This document shows positions 29,711 to 39,806 of a stretch of 64,000 nucleotides of DNA, one piece after another. Position numbers and translations under genes: made by a program. Every line of letters starts with the position of its first letter. Position 1 is the first letter of the stretch. The notes under the pieces were generated by a model. The model had not been told where the DNA came from, ran no database searches, and was given only the letters and a program-made list of their open reading frames with translations. Origin of the DNA: Candidatus Marinacidobacterales bacterium (lineage in GTDB: Bacteria > Acidobacteriota > Vicinamibacteria > Marinacidobacterales > DATDRI01); the NCBI GenBank assembly GCA_965226495.1, contig OZ245365.1, positions 2,112,001 through 2,176,000 of the forward strand, given 5' to 3'.

Positions 29711-30658
29711 ATGTTCGGAGGCGCCCTGATCGAGAAAAGCAAGAATCTGGCCCCCCGCGTAGGTGTGGTGCTCTTCAAGGCAACCCGGAACTTCCATCGC
29801 GACGGTTGCTTCGATCAAGCCGCGTACATCTCTTATTTTGCTCTGCTCTCGTTGTTGCCGCTGACGATTCTTCTCGTAGCGTTCGGAGCCGCGGCCATCG
29901 GCTCGGTGGATGCCGCCGAGAAAGGCGTCGAGGTTCTTCTTAAAGATCTCGTGGTGCTGCTCGGCGAGGACGTGTTTAGTCAAGCGCAGAAAGTCGGTAG
30001 TCAGGCGGCGCGGTTCGGGTGGCCCTTTTTCCTGTTCTCACTGTGGACCGCAAGCAAAGTGTTCTCCAAGGTCGAACAGGCTCTGGACCACGTGTTCCAA
30101 GTAGAAAAACGGAGGTCGTTCCCAGTCCGCAAGATCTTCGCTTTTGGTCTTGTCGCTCTCCTTGCGGTCGTCCTCGTCGCTTCGATTGTCTTCGCGGGAG
30201 CGGTGAGCGCGCTCGATCGGTTCTTGGATTCTACGGACTTGGCTGGCGCCCGCTCCAACCCTCTCTATCTGACCGTAAACAACGCTACCACCCGATATCT
30301 GATTCCGTGGCTGGTAACGGTGTTTACCTTCAGTTTCGTGTACAGGGTGATGCCGGCCACATTAGTGCCGTTGCGGTCTGCTGTCGTTGCCGGGTTAGTG
30401 ACGGGGACGCTGTGGGAAGGGCTGAAAAACGCCTTCACGCTCTACGTGGGACGATTTGCCAACTATGGGATGACTTATGGGACGCTCGAATCGGTGGTCG
30501 TGTTCGCCATCTGGATCAACTTATCGGCGGCGCTACTCCTCTGGGGAGGCGAATTGGCAGCGCTCCTGGCGGGAGCGAGAGGCGGAGAACAAACAAAGGA
30601 AGCTTTAGAGATCACCCCTGACCCGGCTTCTGGCCGCATTGATAGCGGCACGAGCTAG
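29711..30658 (+). CDS. YihY/BrkB family membrane protein
   Basis: AAYISYFALLSLLP, YGTLESVVVFAIWINLSAALLLWGGEL. Confidence 0.92.
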   Translation: MFGGALIEKSKNLAPRVGVVLFKATRNFHRDGCFDQAAYISYFALLSLLPLTILLVAFGAAAIGSVDAAEKGVEVLLKDLVVLLGEDVFSQAQKVGSQAARFGWPFFLFSLWTASKVFSKVEQALDHVFQVEKRRSFPVRKIFAFGLVALLAVVLVASIVFAGAVSALDRFLDSTDLAGARSNPLYLTVNNATTRYLIPWLVTVFTFSFVYRVMPATLVPLRSAVVAGLVTGTLWEGLKNAFTLYVGRFANYGMTYGTLESVVVFAIWINLSAALLLWGGELAALLAGARGGEQTKEALEITPDPASGRIDSGTS

Positions 30659-30718
30659 GTTGACGCTCGCCTTTCCCAGCCCGCCTCTGTCCGAAGGTCT
30701 CCAATGGCTTCGGTGGGT

Positions 30719-30744
30719 CCGCCGAAGCTCTTAGCGAAGGCGGA
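30719..30744. repeat. REP-like palindrome (GCTAAAGCTACGGCG family)
   Basis: Reverse complement tccgccttcgctaagagcttcggcgg matches tccgcctacgctaaagctacggcg at 47452. Confidence 0.6.
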
Positions 30745-30786
30745 AGGGAGAGGGAATAACGGCGGGAAGCCATCGTCTCGGGAGGG

Positions 30787-31191
30787 TCACTCCCGGCGAT
30801 CGACTTCGGTGTTGGGACCGTCTTCGATTTCTCTTATCAGAAGAACTACCTCGCCCGGTTTGACGAGGCCGAGGTTCTCCCGGGCCAGCCGCTCCACCAC
30901 AAGCGGGGAGGTCTTCAAGGACCGGACCTCCTCCAAAATCCTTCGGTTTTCGGCGCGTAGCATTGCAATTTCTTGGTCGAGAGACTCGATCTCGTCTCGC
31001 ACCTTGAGAAGCTCCAGTAGTCCACGGTCGCCGAAGAGAGCGTTCAACGCGGAGGCTGCCAAGGTGAGAAATAATGCTAGGCTCAGGGCCTTGCGCTTCA
31101 AGGAAGTTTCGGTCTTAGAGACTTGACGGGATTTCGGCGAGTTTCCGTCGCTAGGGGATCGTGGCTTGGACTGCGACCGCACGGGCGACAT
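30787..31191 (-). CDS. ftsB: Septum formation initiator (FtsB/DivIC)
   Basis: TM helix, GDRGL, coiled coil, ERLARENLGLVKPGE. Confidence 0.88.
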   Translation of the reverse strand: MSPVRSQSKPRSPSDGNSPKSRQVSKTETSLKRKALSLALFLTLAASALNALFGDRGLLELLKVRDEIESLDQEIAMLRAENRRILEEVRSLKTSPLVVERLARENLGLVKPGEVVLLIREIEDGPNTEVDRRE

Positions 31192-31310
31192 AGGACTCTG
31201 GAATTCAGTTAAGGATGTCTATTTTATACCGTATTCGGGCGCGGTGGGACAATCGCTAACCCTTGACAGATTATCAGATTATGTTACGGTCCCCCCCCGG
31301 AGCCAAGCTC

Positions 31311-31628
31311 ATGTCGCAGCACCTGTTAGTTCTTACGACGATTGGAAGTGAGGAGGACGCCGCCCGCTTGGGCCGAAGCCTAGTCGAGAAGCGGCTGGTA
31401 GCGTGCGTGAACGTGATCGGTCCGGCGCGTAGCATCTTCCTGTGGAAGGGAAAGGTTGAGGACGAGTCCGAGCGCCTGCTGCTGATGAAGACGCGCGCCG
31501 ACCGTTACGTCGACCTGGAGACCGCCATTAAGGAACTCCATCCCTACGAGGTACCGGAGGTCATTGCCATCCCCATCGAGCGGGGTTCGCAGGATTACCT
31601 GTCCTGGGTCGATGAGAACGTCGGCTGA
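31311..31628 (+). CDS. cutA: Divalent-cation tolerance protein
   Basis: LVACVN, WKGKVE, LHPYEVPE, YLSWV. Confidence 0.95.
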   Translation: MSQHLLVLTTIGSEEDAARLGRSLVEKRLVACVNVIGPARSIFLWKGKVEDESERLLLMKTRADRYVDLETAIKELHPYEVPEVIAIPIERGSQDYLSWVDENVG

Positions 31629-31661
31629 CGGGTCTCGGACCTTCGCGTGTCAGGTCGCGGC

Positions 31662-32801
31662 TCAGACTCTTGCTAGCGCCTGATCCAAATCCGCCTGTAA
31701 ATCTTCCACATCCTCGACTCCGACTGAAAGTCGAACCAGCCCGTCGGTGACCCCGAAACGCAGGCGATCTTCGACGGGAATGGACGCGTGGGTCATGGTC
31801 GCAGGATGAGAGATCAAGCTTTCGACGCCGCCCAAGCTCTCGGCCAGAGAAAAGACTCTTGCGCTCTCTAAGACCGTCTGCGCTGCCTTGAGAGAGCCCA
31901 TTTCGAAGGATAGCATCCCGCCGAAACCGGTCATTTGTTTCTTTGCCAGCTCATGGCCGGGATGCTCTGGAAGCCCGGGGTAGTAGAGCTTCTGCACCTT
32001 GGGGTGTTTGGAAAGAAACGCCGCCAAGGCGATCGCGTTCGTGTTGTGCCGCTCCATTCGAAGGGCGAGCGTTTTAGTGCCGCGTAGCAGTAGCCATGAG
32101 TCGAACGGGGACAGGATCGCACCTACCGCGTTTTGCACGAACGCCAGGTGTTCCACGTCGTCTTTTCGTGCCGCGACCACGACCCCACCGAGGCTGTCGC
32201 TGTGCCCGTTCATATACTTCGTGGTGCTGTGAAGAACCAGATCCGCTCCCAGTTCCAGCGGGCGTTGGAAAAACGGGCTCATGAACGTATTATCCACCAC
32301 CACCCGGGCATTGAAGCGGTGGGCGAGATCGCTGACGGCCTTCACATCGGTAAGCCGGAGGACGGGATTCGTAGGCGTCTCGAGAAACACCAGTGTGACG
32401 TCCTCTCCCATCGCTTTTTCCACCTCGTCGAATCGAGACGAATCGACGTAGGAGAAGCGTATGCCAAAATGCGTTAACACTCGCTCGAACAGCCGGTAGG
32501 TACCCCCGTAGAGATCTTCGGTGACGAGGACTCGCTCACCCTGCTTCACGAACATGAGAACCGCGGAAATGGCGGCCATGCCGGATGAAAAGGCGAGGGC
32601 CCCGACTCCCTTTTCGAGGGTTGCGATGTTGGCCTCTACGGCGGAACGGGTTGGATTCTGAGTCCGCGCGTACTCGAACCCTCGGTGGCGTCCCAGCCCC
32701 TCCTGGACGTAGGTCGACGTCTGGTAAATTGGCGTGATGATAGCCCCAGTGGTCGGATCGGGTTCCTGACCCGCGTGGATGGCGTCCGTGGCAAAGCCCA
32801 T
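31662..32801 (-). CDS. Cystathionine gamma-synthase/lyase (trans-sulfuration PLP enzyme)
   Basis: YARTQNPT, ETPTNP, DNTF, HSTTKYMNGHSD, AESLGGVES. Confidence 0.93.
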   Translation of the reverse strand: MGFATDAIHAGQEPDPTTGAIITPIYQTSTYVQEGLGRHRGFEYARTQNPTRSAVEANIATLEKGVGALAFSSGMAAISAVLMFVKQGERVLVTEDLYGGTYRLFERVLTHFGIRFSYVDSSRFDEVEKAMGEDVTLVFLETPTNPVLRLTDVKAVSDLAHRFNARVVVDNTFMSPFFQRPLELGADLVLHSTTKYMNGHSDSLGGVVVAARKDDVEHLAFVQNAVGAILSPFDSWLLLRGTKTLALRMERHNTNAIALAAFLSKHPKVQKLYYPGLPEHPGHELAKKQMTGFGGMLSFEMGSLKAAQTVLESARVFSLAESLGGVESLISHPATMTHASIPVEDRLRFGVTDGLVRLSVGVEDVEDLQADLDQALARV

Positions 32802-32957
32802 GACCGTGTTTCCTCCTGTTGTAACGGAAAGGGATGTTAGCCCGCAGGGGGAATAGAGTCAAAGAGTGGTCATCTGCGGTTTGCCTCCGGGCTTCAGAAT
32901 CGCGACTCGCCCGATGAACCTTTATTCCGGCCGGTTGTTCTGTTAGCTTGAAGGTTC

Positions 32958-34823
32958 ATGGTAGCTCTTTGGTGCAACGAGCTCGTCAAGACATTCCGAC
33001 CTCGGCTCCGTCTTGTCGACCTACTTCGCGGTCGCCTGCGGCCGACCGACTCCCCCACGCTTGCTCTGAACGGGGTCAGCTTGGCTATCGAGGAAGGAGA
33101 GGTAGTCGCGCTCCTCGGGCCCAACGGAGCGGGGAAGACGACCCTTCTCAAGACGCTAGCCACGCTGGTGATGCCGGACGCCGGAGAGGCCCTGATCGCG
33201 GGCCATCCGCTGGGTGAGGAGATCGATGTTCGCCGGTCCATCGGGTTGGTGAGTAGCGAGGAGCGGAGCTTTTATTGGCGACTCACTGGCCGCGAGAACC
33301 TCGCGTTCTTTGCGGCGATGCATGGTATCGAGTCCGGCGAAGTCGCCAAACGACTGGTGCAATTGTCCTCGGTGTTTCGGCTCGACTCCTTCATCGACCG
33401 GCGGTTCGACGCTTGCTCGTCCGGGATGAAGCAAAGGCTCGGGTTGGCTCGGGCCTTGCTCCACCGACCGCGTCTTCTACTGCTGGATGAGCCGACCCGT
33501 AGTATCGACCCGGTGGAAAGCCAGGCCATCCATACGGCAATCGAACGGCTGGTAACGGAAGAGAAGACCGCCGTGCTGCTGGTGACTCATGATCTTGCCG
33601 AAGCTGAGAAACTTTGCAGGCGTTTTCTAGTCATGCGCTCGGGCCAGGTCGCCTTTGATGGGAGCCCGTCGGAGCTGCGAAGTCGCGCAGGAGAAGCCGA
33701 TCGCACTGCCCGCTATACGGTTCGCCTCGAGCGCTCGGTCGAAAGTTGGGAGCAAGCACCCGGCTTGGCGCGAGGTCGAGTCGTCGGGAGCGGTGAGGCC
33801 AATGAGATCAACGTGGAGTTGGAGCCGGGGGCCGCAATTGGCGACCTCGTAGCCGGTCTTCACAAGATGGGGGGGCGGGTCCAAGGTATCGAACCACACA
33901 ACACCTCGGAGGCCACGGAACGAGCTCTCCAAAGAGTGGAATCGAACGACGAAGACAAGGCTCCGTTTCAAACGTCCCGTCCCCCGAGCACTCCGAGCAA
34001 GCATGTCCCGGAACGGAAGCTCGTTCAGTTTGCGGCCTTCTTGCGTCGCGACATACGCCTCCACCTTTCCTATCGATTCGCGTTCGCATTGGGCTTCTTC
34101 GGAATCCTTTTCAACGTTGCGGTCTTTTTCTACCTGGCACAGTTGGTCACGGAGGCTCGTGTCCCCATTCTTCAGGAATACGGGACCGATTTCTTCCCCT
34201 TCATCTTGATCGGCATCGCTTTCCGCGGGTATTTGGGGGTGGCCCTCAATCACTTCGCGGGGTCACTGCGAGCGGAGCAGATGATGGGCACCCTGGAGAT
34301 GCTCTTGGCTAGTCCTCTGAGGTTGTCCACTCTGCTTGGGGCCACGACCAGCTTTACATTCATTTACCACACGGTCACGGTGGCAGGCTATCTTCTGCTA
34401 GGAGTCTTGATGGGGGGGTTATCTCTGAGCCGAATGAACATACCGGTGGCGCTGCTAATCATGGTTCCGACCATGGCTTCGTTCGCGGCTTTGGGGATGG
34501 TCTCCGCGGCCTTCATGATGACCGTCAAACGAGGCGATCCGGTGAATTTTCTCATCAACGCCGCCGCAACGCTTTTCGGCGGTGTCTATTTCCCCATTGA
34601 GGTACTGCCTGAGTCGTTGCAGATGATCTCTCGGGCTCTCCCTATTACCTATAGCCTTGACGCAATGCGCAAGGCCCTCCTACTGGGAAGCGGGGTCGAA
34701 GGAGTCGCTCGAGAGCTCGGCATATTGATGGTCTTCGCAGTGGTGCTGCTTCCAGTGGGGCTGGTCACCTTTCGCCACGCCCTGCGGCAGGCGAGAAGAG
34801 AGGGCACGCTCGGACAGTTCTAA
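32958..34823 (+). CDS. Fused ABC-2 type exporter (NBD + permease)
   Basis: GPNGAGKTT, SSGMKQR, LLDEPT, VTHD; C-terminal ABC-2 TMD (GTLEMLLASP, GVYFPIEVLP, LPITY). Confidence 0.88.
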   Translation: MVALWCNELVKTFRPRLRLVDLLRGRLRPTDSPTLALNGVSLAIEEGEVVALLGPNGAGKTTLLKTLATLVMPDAGEALIAGHPLGEEIDVRRSIGLVSSEERSFYWRLTGRENLAFFAAMHGIESGEVAKRLVQLSSVFRLDSFIDRRFDACSSGMKQRLGLARALLHRPRLLLLDEPTRSIDPVESQAIHTAIERLVTEEKTAVLLVTHDLAEAEKLCRRFLVMRSGQVAFDGSPSELRSRAGEADRTARYTVRLERSVESWEQAPGLARGRVVGSGEANEINVELEPGAAIGDLVAGLHKMGGRVQGIEPHNTSEATERALQRVESNDEDKAPFQTSRPPSTPSKHVPERKLVQFAAFLRRDIRLHLSYRFAFALGFFGILFNVAVFFYLAQLVTEARVPILQEYGTDFFPFILIGIAFRGYLGVALNHFAGSLRAEQMMGTLEMLLASPLRLSTLLGATTSFTFIYHTVTVAGYLLLGVLMGGLSLSRMNIPVALLIMVPTMASFAALGMVSAAFMMTVKRGDPVNFLINAAATLFGGVYFPIEVLPESLQMISRALPITYSLDAMRKALLLGSGVEGVARELGILMVFAVVLLPVGLVTFRHALRQARREGTLGQF

Positions 34824-34855
34824 CAGACGGACAACTCTAGCTAGCGACCGCGGCG

Positions 34856-35431
34856 TCAGAAGCGGAAAGTGACGCCACCAACGAAGCGGTTCAAATCTGG
34901 GCTGGCTTCGATTTTTATTCCGGTGAATGGTATTCCCAGGTCCGGGTCTTCATCGCCTGTTTGGATCGCAAACCTGCGGTAGTCGAGCCTTAGTCCTACG
35001 CTCCGGCTGAAGAAAACCTTCGCCCCGAAACCGAAGTTGAAGGCGCCGTTGGTTCCCAAAAAATCGCGGGGAACGTCCGAGCCGGCGTTTGCAATGACGA
35101 CGCCGTAGCCAATCGTTCCGTAGGGGTAGAACTGACCGATGGGTATCTGAACGACCAGGTTACCCATGAGGTTCGTGAGTGAGGCGCCGAGATCTAGAAA
35201 GGGTACCTGGAAATTGGACTTCGGCGAGTACTCCAGCCCGAACTCGAACCCGACGACCCCGCCGTAGGCGCCGACGGTACCGCCGAAGGTCGTCATGTTT
35301 TCCAAGAACAAGGCACTAGTAAACGTGCGGCCAAGGTAGACCGACGCTTGACCTTCCGCGTTTGCGGTCTCAGGGAGCGACATCACAGACACGAGAAGTA
35401 CAAGAGCTACTACCCACTTTCGGTCGTTCAT
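34856..35431 (-). CDS. Outer membrane beta-barrel protein
   Basis: Signal peptide; PYGTIGYG, FNFGFGAK, LRLDYR; terminal FRF. Confidence 0.8.
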   Translation of the reverse strand: MNDRKWVVALVLLVSVMSLPETANAEGQASVYLGRTFTSALFLENMTTFGGTVGAYGGVVGFEFGLEYSPKSNFQVPFLDLGASLTNLMGNLVVQIPIGQFYPYGTIGYGVVIANAGSDVPRDFLGTNGAFNFGFGAKVFFSRSVGLRLDYRRFAIQTGDEDPDLGIPFTGIKIEASPDLNRFVGGVTFRF

Positions 35432-35525
35432 TTGCACCCCCAGTGGCGCATGCACCCACCACTGTACCATTGTTTCGACGCGTGGTAGTTGAAGTTTTGC
35501 AAGCGTTCGATCATGATCGGTTGTC

Positions 35526-36650
35526 ATGACCTCCTGGACATTGAGGTGTGTTGCTTGTGAGCGCGACACGGATCGCGATTTCAGAGGTTTTCGGTGTTCC
35601 TGCGGCGGGCCGCTGGACGTGCAGCTAGAGTTGTCCGGGGCACGCGATATTTTTTCTTCGGATGACGGTTCGCTGTGGCGTTATCGGGACGTCATTCCGA
35701 TCGAGGACCAAGAGGCGGTCGTGAGTCTAGGGGAGGGGATGACGCCCCTTCTGGATGCTGATTTCGACGGGACGCGCGTTCTGTTGAAAGCCGAGTACCT
35801 GGCCCCGACTGGATCCTTCAAAGACCGCGGCGCGTCCGTGCTACTGAGCCGCTTGAAGGAAATGGGCGTCGAGGAGATTCTCGAGGATAGCTCGGGCAAT
35901 GCCGGGTGCTCTCTCGCTGCCTATGCCGCTGCGGCCGGGATCAAATGTCGGGTTCTAGTTCCAGAGAATGTGCCCCTGGAAAAAGCGCTCCAGATCGAGA
36001 GCTACGGTGCCGTGTTGGAACGCATAGCGGGAAGTAGAGACGATGTAGCCGCCGAAGCTCTTCGACGCTCGGGCGAGACTTTTTACGCAAGCCACAACTG
36101 GCAACCCTTTTTCCTTCAAGGAACAAAAACATTTGCTTACGAGCTGTTCGAACAGGCCGAGCCCTTGCCGGACGTGATCTTCTATCCTATCGGGAACGGG
36201 TCGTTGATTCTGGGGAGCTTCAAGGGATTCAGCGAGATGAAGGCGCTCGGTTGGCTCGACACCGTGCCCCGGCTGGTTGGGATCCAAGTCGCGTCCTATG
36301 CTCCTGTCTATAGTCGGGTCACAGGAAATCGCGCAGAGCCGAACGAGGATGGCACGATCGCGAAAGGCATTGCGGTGCGCGAGCCAGTGCGGCTCGCGCA
36401 AGTGGCGGATGCCATTCTTGCCACATCGGGAACGGTCGTTGCCGTCGACGACGGGCAGATTCGTGTAGCTCAAAAGGACCTGGCCAGGGCAGGTTTCTTG
36501 GTCGAACCGACGTCCGCCGCAGTTCTAGCTGGCTACCGGGCCTGGAAGGAAAATGGAGGGGAAGCGAAACGGCCCTTGTTGCCTCTTACCGGCTGGGGCC
36601 TCAAGGACATGGAGGCTCTAGTCACCCTTGCCGATGAGCCCCCAGCTTGA
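35526..36650 (+). CDS. thrC: Threonine synthase-like PLP enzyme
   Basis: SLGEGMTPL, PTGSFKDRG, SSGNAG, PIGNG, VEPTSA. Confidence 0.8.
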   Translation: MTSWTLRCVACERDTDRDFRGFRCSCGGPLDVQLELSGARDIFSSDDGSLWRYRDVIPIEDQEAVVSLGEGMTPLLDADFDGTRVLLKAEYLAPTGSFKDRGASVLLSRLKEMGVEEILEDSSGNAGCSLAAYAAAAGIKCRVLVPENVPLEKALQIESYGAVLERIAGSRDDVAAEALRRSGETFYASHNWQPFFLQGTKTFAYELFEQAEPLPDVIFYPIGNGSLILGSFKGFSEMKALGWLDTVPRLVGIQVASYAPVYSRVTGNRAEPNEDGTIAKGIAVREPVRLAQVADAILATSGTVVAVDDGQIRVAQKDLARAGFLVEPTSAAVLAGYRAWKENGGEAKRPLLPLTGWGLKDMEALVTLADEPPA

Positions 36651-36669
36651 GCGATGCGAGGACGGCAGC

Positions 36670-37728
36670 CTATTCTTGCCTCACCTGTTCTTGCGATGCC
36701 GAGTCCGTCAATACCCGCTCGACGAAAAAACGGATGAAACGGTCGGAGTCCACTTCCACGCACACTCTCGTGTTCGGTTTTAGCTCCGTCCGTCCGACGA
36801 CGGTCCTAACATCGTGACCTTCCTTGAACTCCAACATGTAGCCTTTACGCGCGGCAACGGTTTCCCCTCGAGTCTTCTCCCCTTGAGTCTCCACGCCTAC
36901 GTGTAGGTTTTCGGTATTCACGAAGCTGGGATCGATAGCCACGCCGACCGCCAACGGGTCGTGCATCGTGAGGCCGGCGGCACCGCGCTTGGTGTGGTGA
37001 TAATCGGTAAGATCCCATACCAGTTTGTTAGCGTGGCTGGCAGTCCTTGAAATTCCTTCCATGTCTTCCGGCTTCAGGACCGTCTTCTCGGTTACATCGA
37101 GTCCCACCATCACGATAGGAACGCCGGAGTGGAAGACCATGTCGGCGGCTTCCGGATCATTGTAGATGTTGAACTCGGCGGCAGGCGTGATGTTTCCACC
37201 CGCGATGGAGCCTCCCATCAGCACGATCTCCTTGATGTCGGCTCTGAGGTCGGGTCGTAGCTTCAAGACCAATGCGATGTTGGTGAGGGGACCCACCGGA
37301 ATCAGGGTTAGCTGACCCGGATGCTCTTCGATCTTCTTGACAATGAGATCGACGGCGCTGCCCGCATACGGTTTCGTATGCGGAGACGGAAGCTCTACGT
37401 TCCCGAGACCGGTTTCGCCATGCACGTGTGTCGAAGTGACCAGTTGACCAACCATCGGCGCTTCGGCCCCTCGTGCCACCGGGATGTCGGACCGGCCCAT
37501 AAGCTCCAGGAGCTGCAGCGCGTTGCGTAGCCCGGTGTCGACGTCGACGTTACCCGCTACGACGGTGATGGCCTCGACCTTCAGCTCGGGGGAGGAAAGC
37601 GCGAGAAGTATCGCCAGCGCATCATCGGTGCCGGGGTCGACGTCGAGCAAGACCGGTTTCGGTTGTGCTCCAGCGACACCACTTGTAAGAGTCATTAGAA
37701 AAACGATCACCCGCGATATATTTTTCAT
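36670..37728 (-). CDS. Nucleoside hydrolase (IU-NH family) with signal peptide
   Basis: DVDPGTDD, VAGNV, GPLTN, AEFNIYNDPEAA, MHDP. Confidence 0.92.
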   Translation of the reverse strand: MKNISRVIVFLMTLTSGVAGAQPKPVLLDVDPGTDDALAILLALSSPELKVEAITVVAGNVDVDTGLRNALQLLELMGRSDIPVARGAEAPMVGQLVTSTHVHGETGLGNVELPSPHTKPYAGSAVDLIVKKIEEHPGQLTLIPVGPLTNIALVLKLRPDLRADIKEIVLMGGSIAGGNITPAAEFNIYNDPEAADMVFHSGVPIVMVGLDVTEKTVLKPEDMEGISRTASHANKLVWDLTDYHHTKRGAAGLTMHDPLAVGVAIDPSFVNTENLHVGVETQGEKTRGETVAARKGYMLEFKEGHDVRTVVGRTELKPNTRVCVEVDSDRFIRFFVERVLTDSASQEQVRQE

Positions 37729-37955
37729 ACAGTCGAGTCGCCGCAAGCGTGTGACACCGCCGTCTTACTCCCTGGCTAGTAGCAACGACACCGTTTGACG
37801 GCCTTGGGACTCCCCGGCTAGTAGCAGAGCCACAGTTTGACGGCATTGCGGGGAGCTGCATCGCGCAGGCCCACCACTATGGGCGGAAGCATATCGCTAC
37901 TTGGGGTGTCCGTAAAGCGCTGCTAGCGCTTCAGTAGCGAGCCACCGGGAGGGGC

Positions 37956-37984
37956 TTGCCCTCGGGCGGCATCTCGTTCATAAT
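37956..37984 (+). promoter_or_regulatory. Putative sigma70 promoter
   Basis: TTGCCC-N17-CATAAT upstream of the gene at 38120. Confidence 0.35.
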
Positions 37985-38119
37985 AAAGGATAAATCCACG
38001 GAGAATCTGTTGATTAAGAAGGCGTTTTAGCCTGGCGGGGGTCTCCCTCGTCAACAGGAATCCTGTCACTCAGTGGCCCACGCCGCTGAGGGCAATTCAC
38101 GCGTCGGATAGGGGACGTC

Positions 38120-39796
38120 ATGGGATTGCAAGGCCAACTTCACGAGATGCCCTTTGTGGACATCCTCCAGCTAGTGGCCTTTTCACAGAAAAACGGTTAC
38201 CTGTACATCGACGGTCCGTTCGGCCTAGGCACCGTCGTTTTCAGAGACGGGAAAGTAGTCTGCGCCTACGCCTGGTCGACGCTCGATTACGTTCGCCGAA
38301 TCGCGGCGGGACAGTACGAGGAAGGTCAGAAAGACGCGGTCATCCAGGAGGTGGTCGAGACCTCCTTGCGCGAAATGGCCCGCTTGCAGGAGGGCAACTT
38401 CCATTTTCAAGTGGCCCACAAGATAGCGCCGGAGCTACATAGCGTAGACATTTCCGCGTTTCTCAGCTCCCCCGGCATCAATGCGCAAGGGCTGTTGCTC
38501 GAATTGAGCCGAGAGCTCGACGAGGATCGTCGCGATACGACCGCCATGTTGGAGTCTGGCTTCCAGCTAGAGACCGAACCACCGATTCCCGTCGAAGCCA
38601 CACCCCCGGCAGCTGGGGTCGACTCGTCCAAGGTTCCCGGCATGGTGGACCCCATGCCGCCCGGTGCACTGGACGAACCGGGTCTAGACCCAACCCGCAC
38701 CCAAGTAATGGCTCCGGTCGGTTCGCTCGACGACCCGCTTTCTACCCCGCTCCGTCACGAGGGATCCACAGTGGTCGTGGTGGACGACGAGCCCGTTGTT
38801 GCCGAGGTCGTAGGAGAAGAGCTCGAGGCGAATGGTTACCAGGTGTTCACCGCAACCACACCCCTACAAGGTGCAAACCTCGCCAAGGAAAGGGTAGCAG
38901 AAGGCGAGCACGTCTTGGTCGTCAGCGATCTAAAGATGCCGACCACGACCGGCAAGAGTTTCTTCGGAGGTTTCGAAGTGGCTCGTCGCGTCCGAAAGCT
39001 AGAGAAGCCGGTACCGGTTTTACTGATGGTGGAGGAACTCTCCGACAAAGCGCGCCGACGAGCGATCGAGCTCGGAATTCGCAAGGTGGCTTTCAAACCG
39101 GCGTTATCGAAACTGGATATCGGGCAGTACAAATCCGATCTCCGCCTTTTCGGCCATGCCATCTTACGCGAGCTGGCCGAGCTGGCGCCGCATCAATCAC
39201 CACCGGAAAGGCAGGAGCAAGGGGCGGGGGACGGAGGGTCCGTCGACGGAAACCAGATCCTGGAGTTCCTCGCTTCGATGACGGAGCAGCTGATCGATCC
39301 CCGTCGCTCGGTGGATATTTCCCGAATGGTGCTGCAAGCGGCGGAAAGATTCTTCGAGCGCGGCATCTTGTTTCTCTTGAAGAACGAACGTGCGTCTGGT
39401 TTGAGTGGTTTCGGGTTGGCCAAGAGCGAACGGGACAATGTCGCTCTCGCACAGAAGCTGTCGATTGGTATCGAGTCCACCGCGCCTGTGCAAGACGTCG
39501 TCACGCGTCGGAAAACCCGGACTCTGGATGCGGAGCTGGATTTGCTGGAGCCAGGCCTTTTTACTCACGTCGGCCGAGGACGAGCCGCTGAAGCAGCGTT
39601 GGTCCCGATGCTCAATAATGCCGAAGTGCTTCTTATTCTCTACGGTGACAACGGACTCACCGGAAAACCACTCACCTCCCTGACCGCCCTCGAGGTCTTT
39701 ATGGGCCAAGCCGGAATGGCGTTGGAGAACGTGTTCCTACAGGGCAAGCTTCGTTCCCTGGATGCGAAGCTTTCAGTGGGCGAAGTCAAGGAATGA
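38120..39796 (+). CDS. DUF4388 + receiver + GAF-like domain protein
   Basis: N-terminal LQGQLHEMPFVDILQ..G.L..FRDGKVV; REC VVDDEP/SDLKMP/FKP; C-terminal LYGDN GAF-like region. Confidence 0.8.
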   Translation: MGLQGQLHEMPFVDILQLVAFSQKNGYLYIDGPFGLGTVVFRDGKVVCAYAWSTLDYVRRIAAGQYEEGQKDAVIQEVVETSLREMARLQEGNFHFQVAHKIAPELHSVDISAFLSSPGINAQGLLLELSRELDEDRRDTTAMLESGFQLETEPPIPVEATPPAAGVDSSKVPGMVDPMPPGALDEPGLDPTRTQVMAPVGSLDDPLSTPLRHEGSTVVVVDDEPVVAEVVGEELEANGYQVFTATTPLQGANLAKERVAEGEHVLVVSDLKMPTTTGKSFFGGFEVARRVRKLEKPVPVLLMVEELSDKARRRAIELGIRKVAFKPALSKLDIGQYKSDLRLFGHAILRELAELAPHQSPPERQEQGAGDGGSVDGNQILEFLASMTEQLIDPRRSVDISRMVLQAAERFFERGILFLLKNERASGLSGFGLAKSERDNVALAQKLSIGIESTAPVQDVVTRRKTRTLDAELDLLEPGLFTHVGRGRAAEAALVPMLNNAEVLLILYGDNGLTGKPLTSLTALEVFMGQAGMALENVFLQGKLRSLDAKLSVGEVKE

Positions 39797-39806
39797 GGAC
39801 TGGTTG

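Noticed and set aside
29570-29983. N-terminal extension of the ggt ORF
   Set aside because: It overlaps yihY antisense; the GTG at 29569 has an AGGAG RBS and gives a signal peptide
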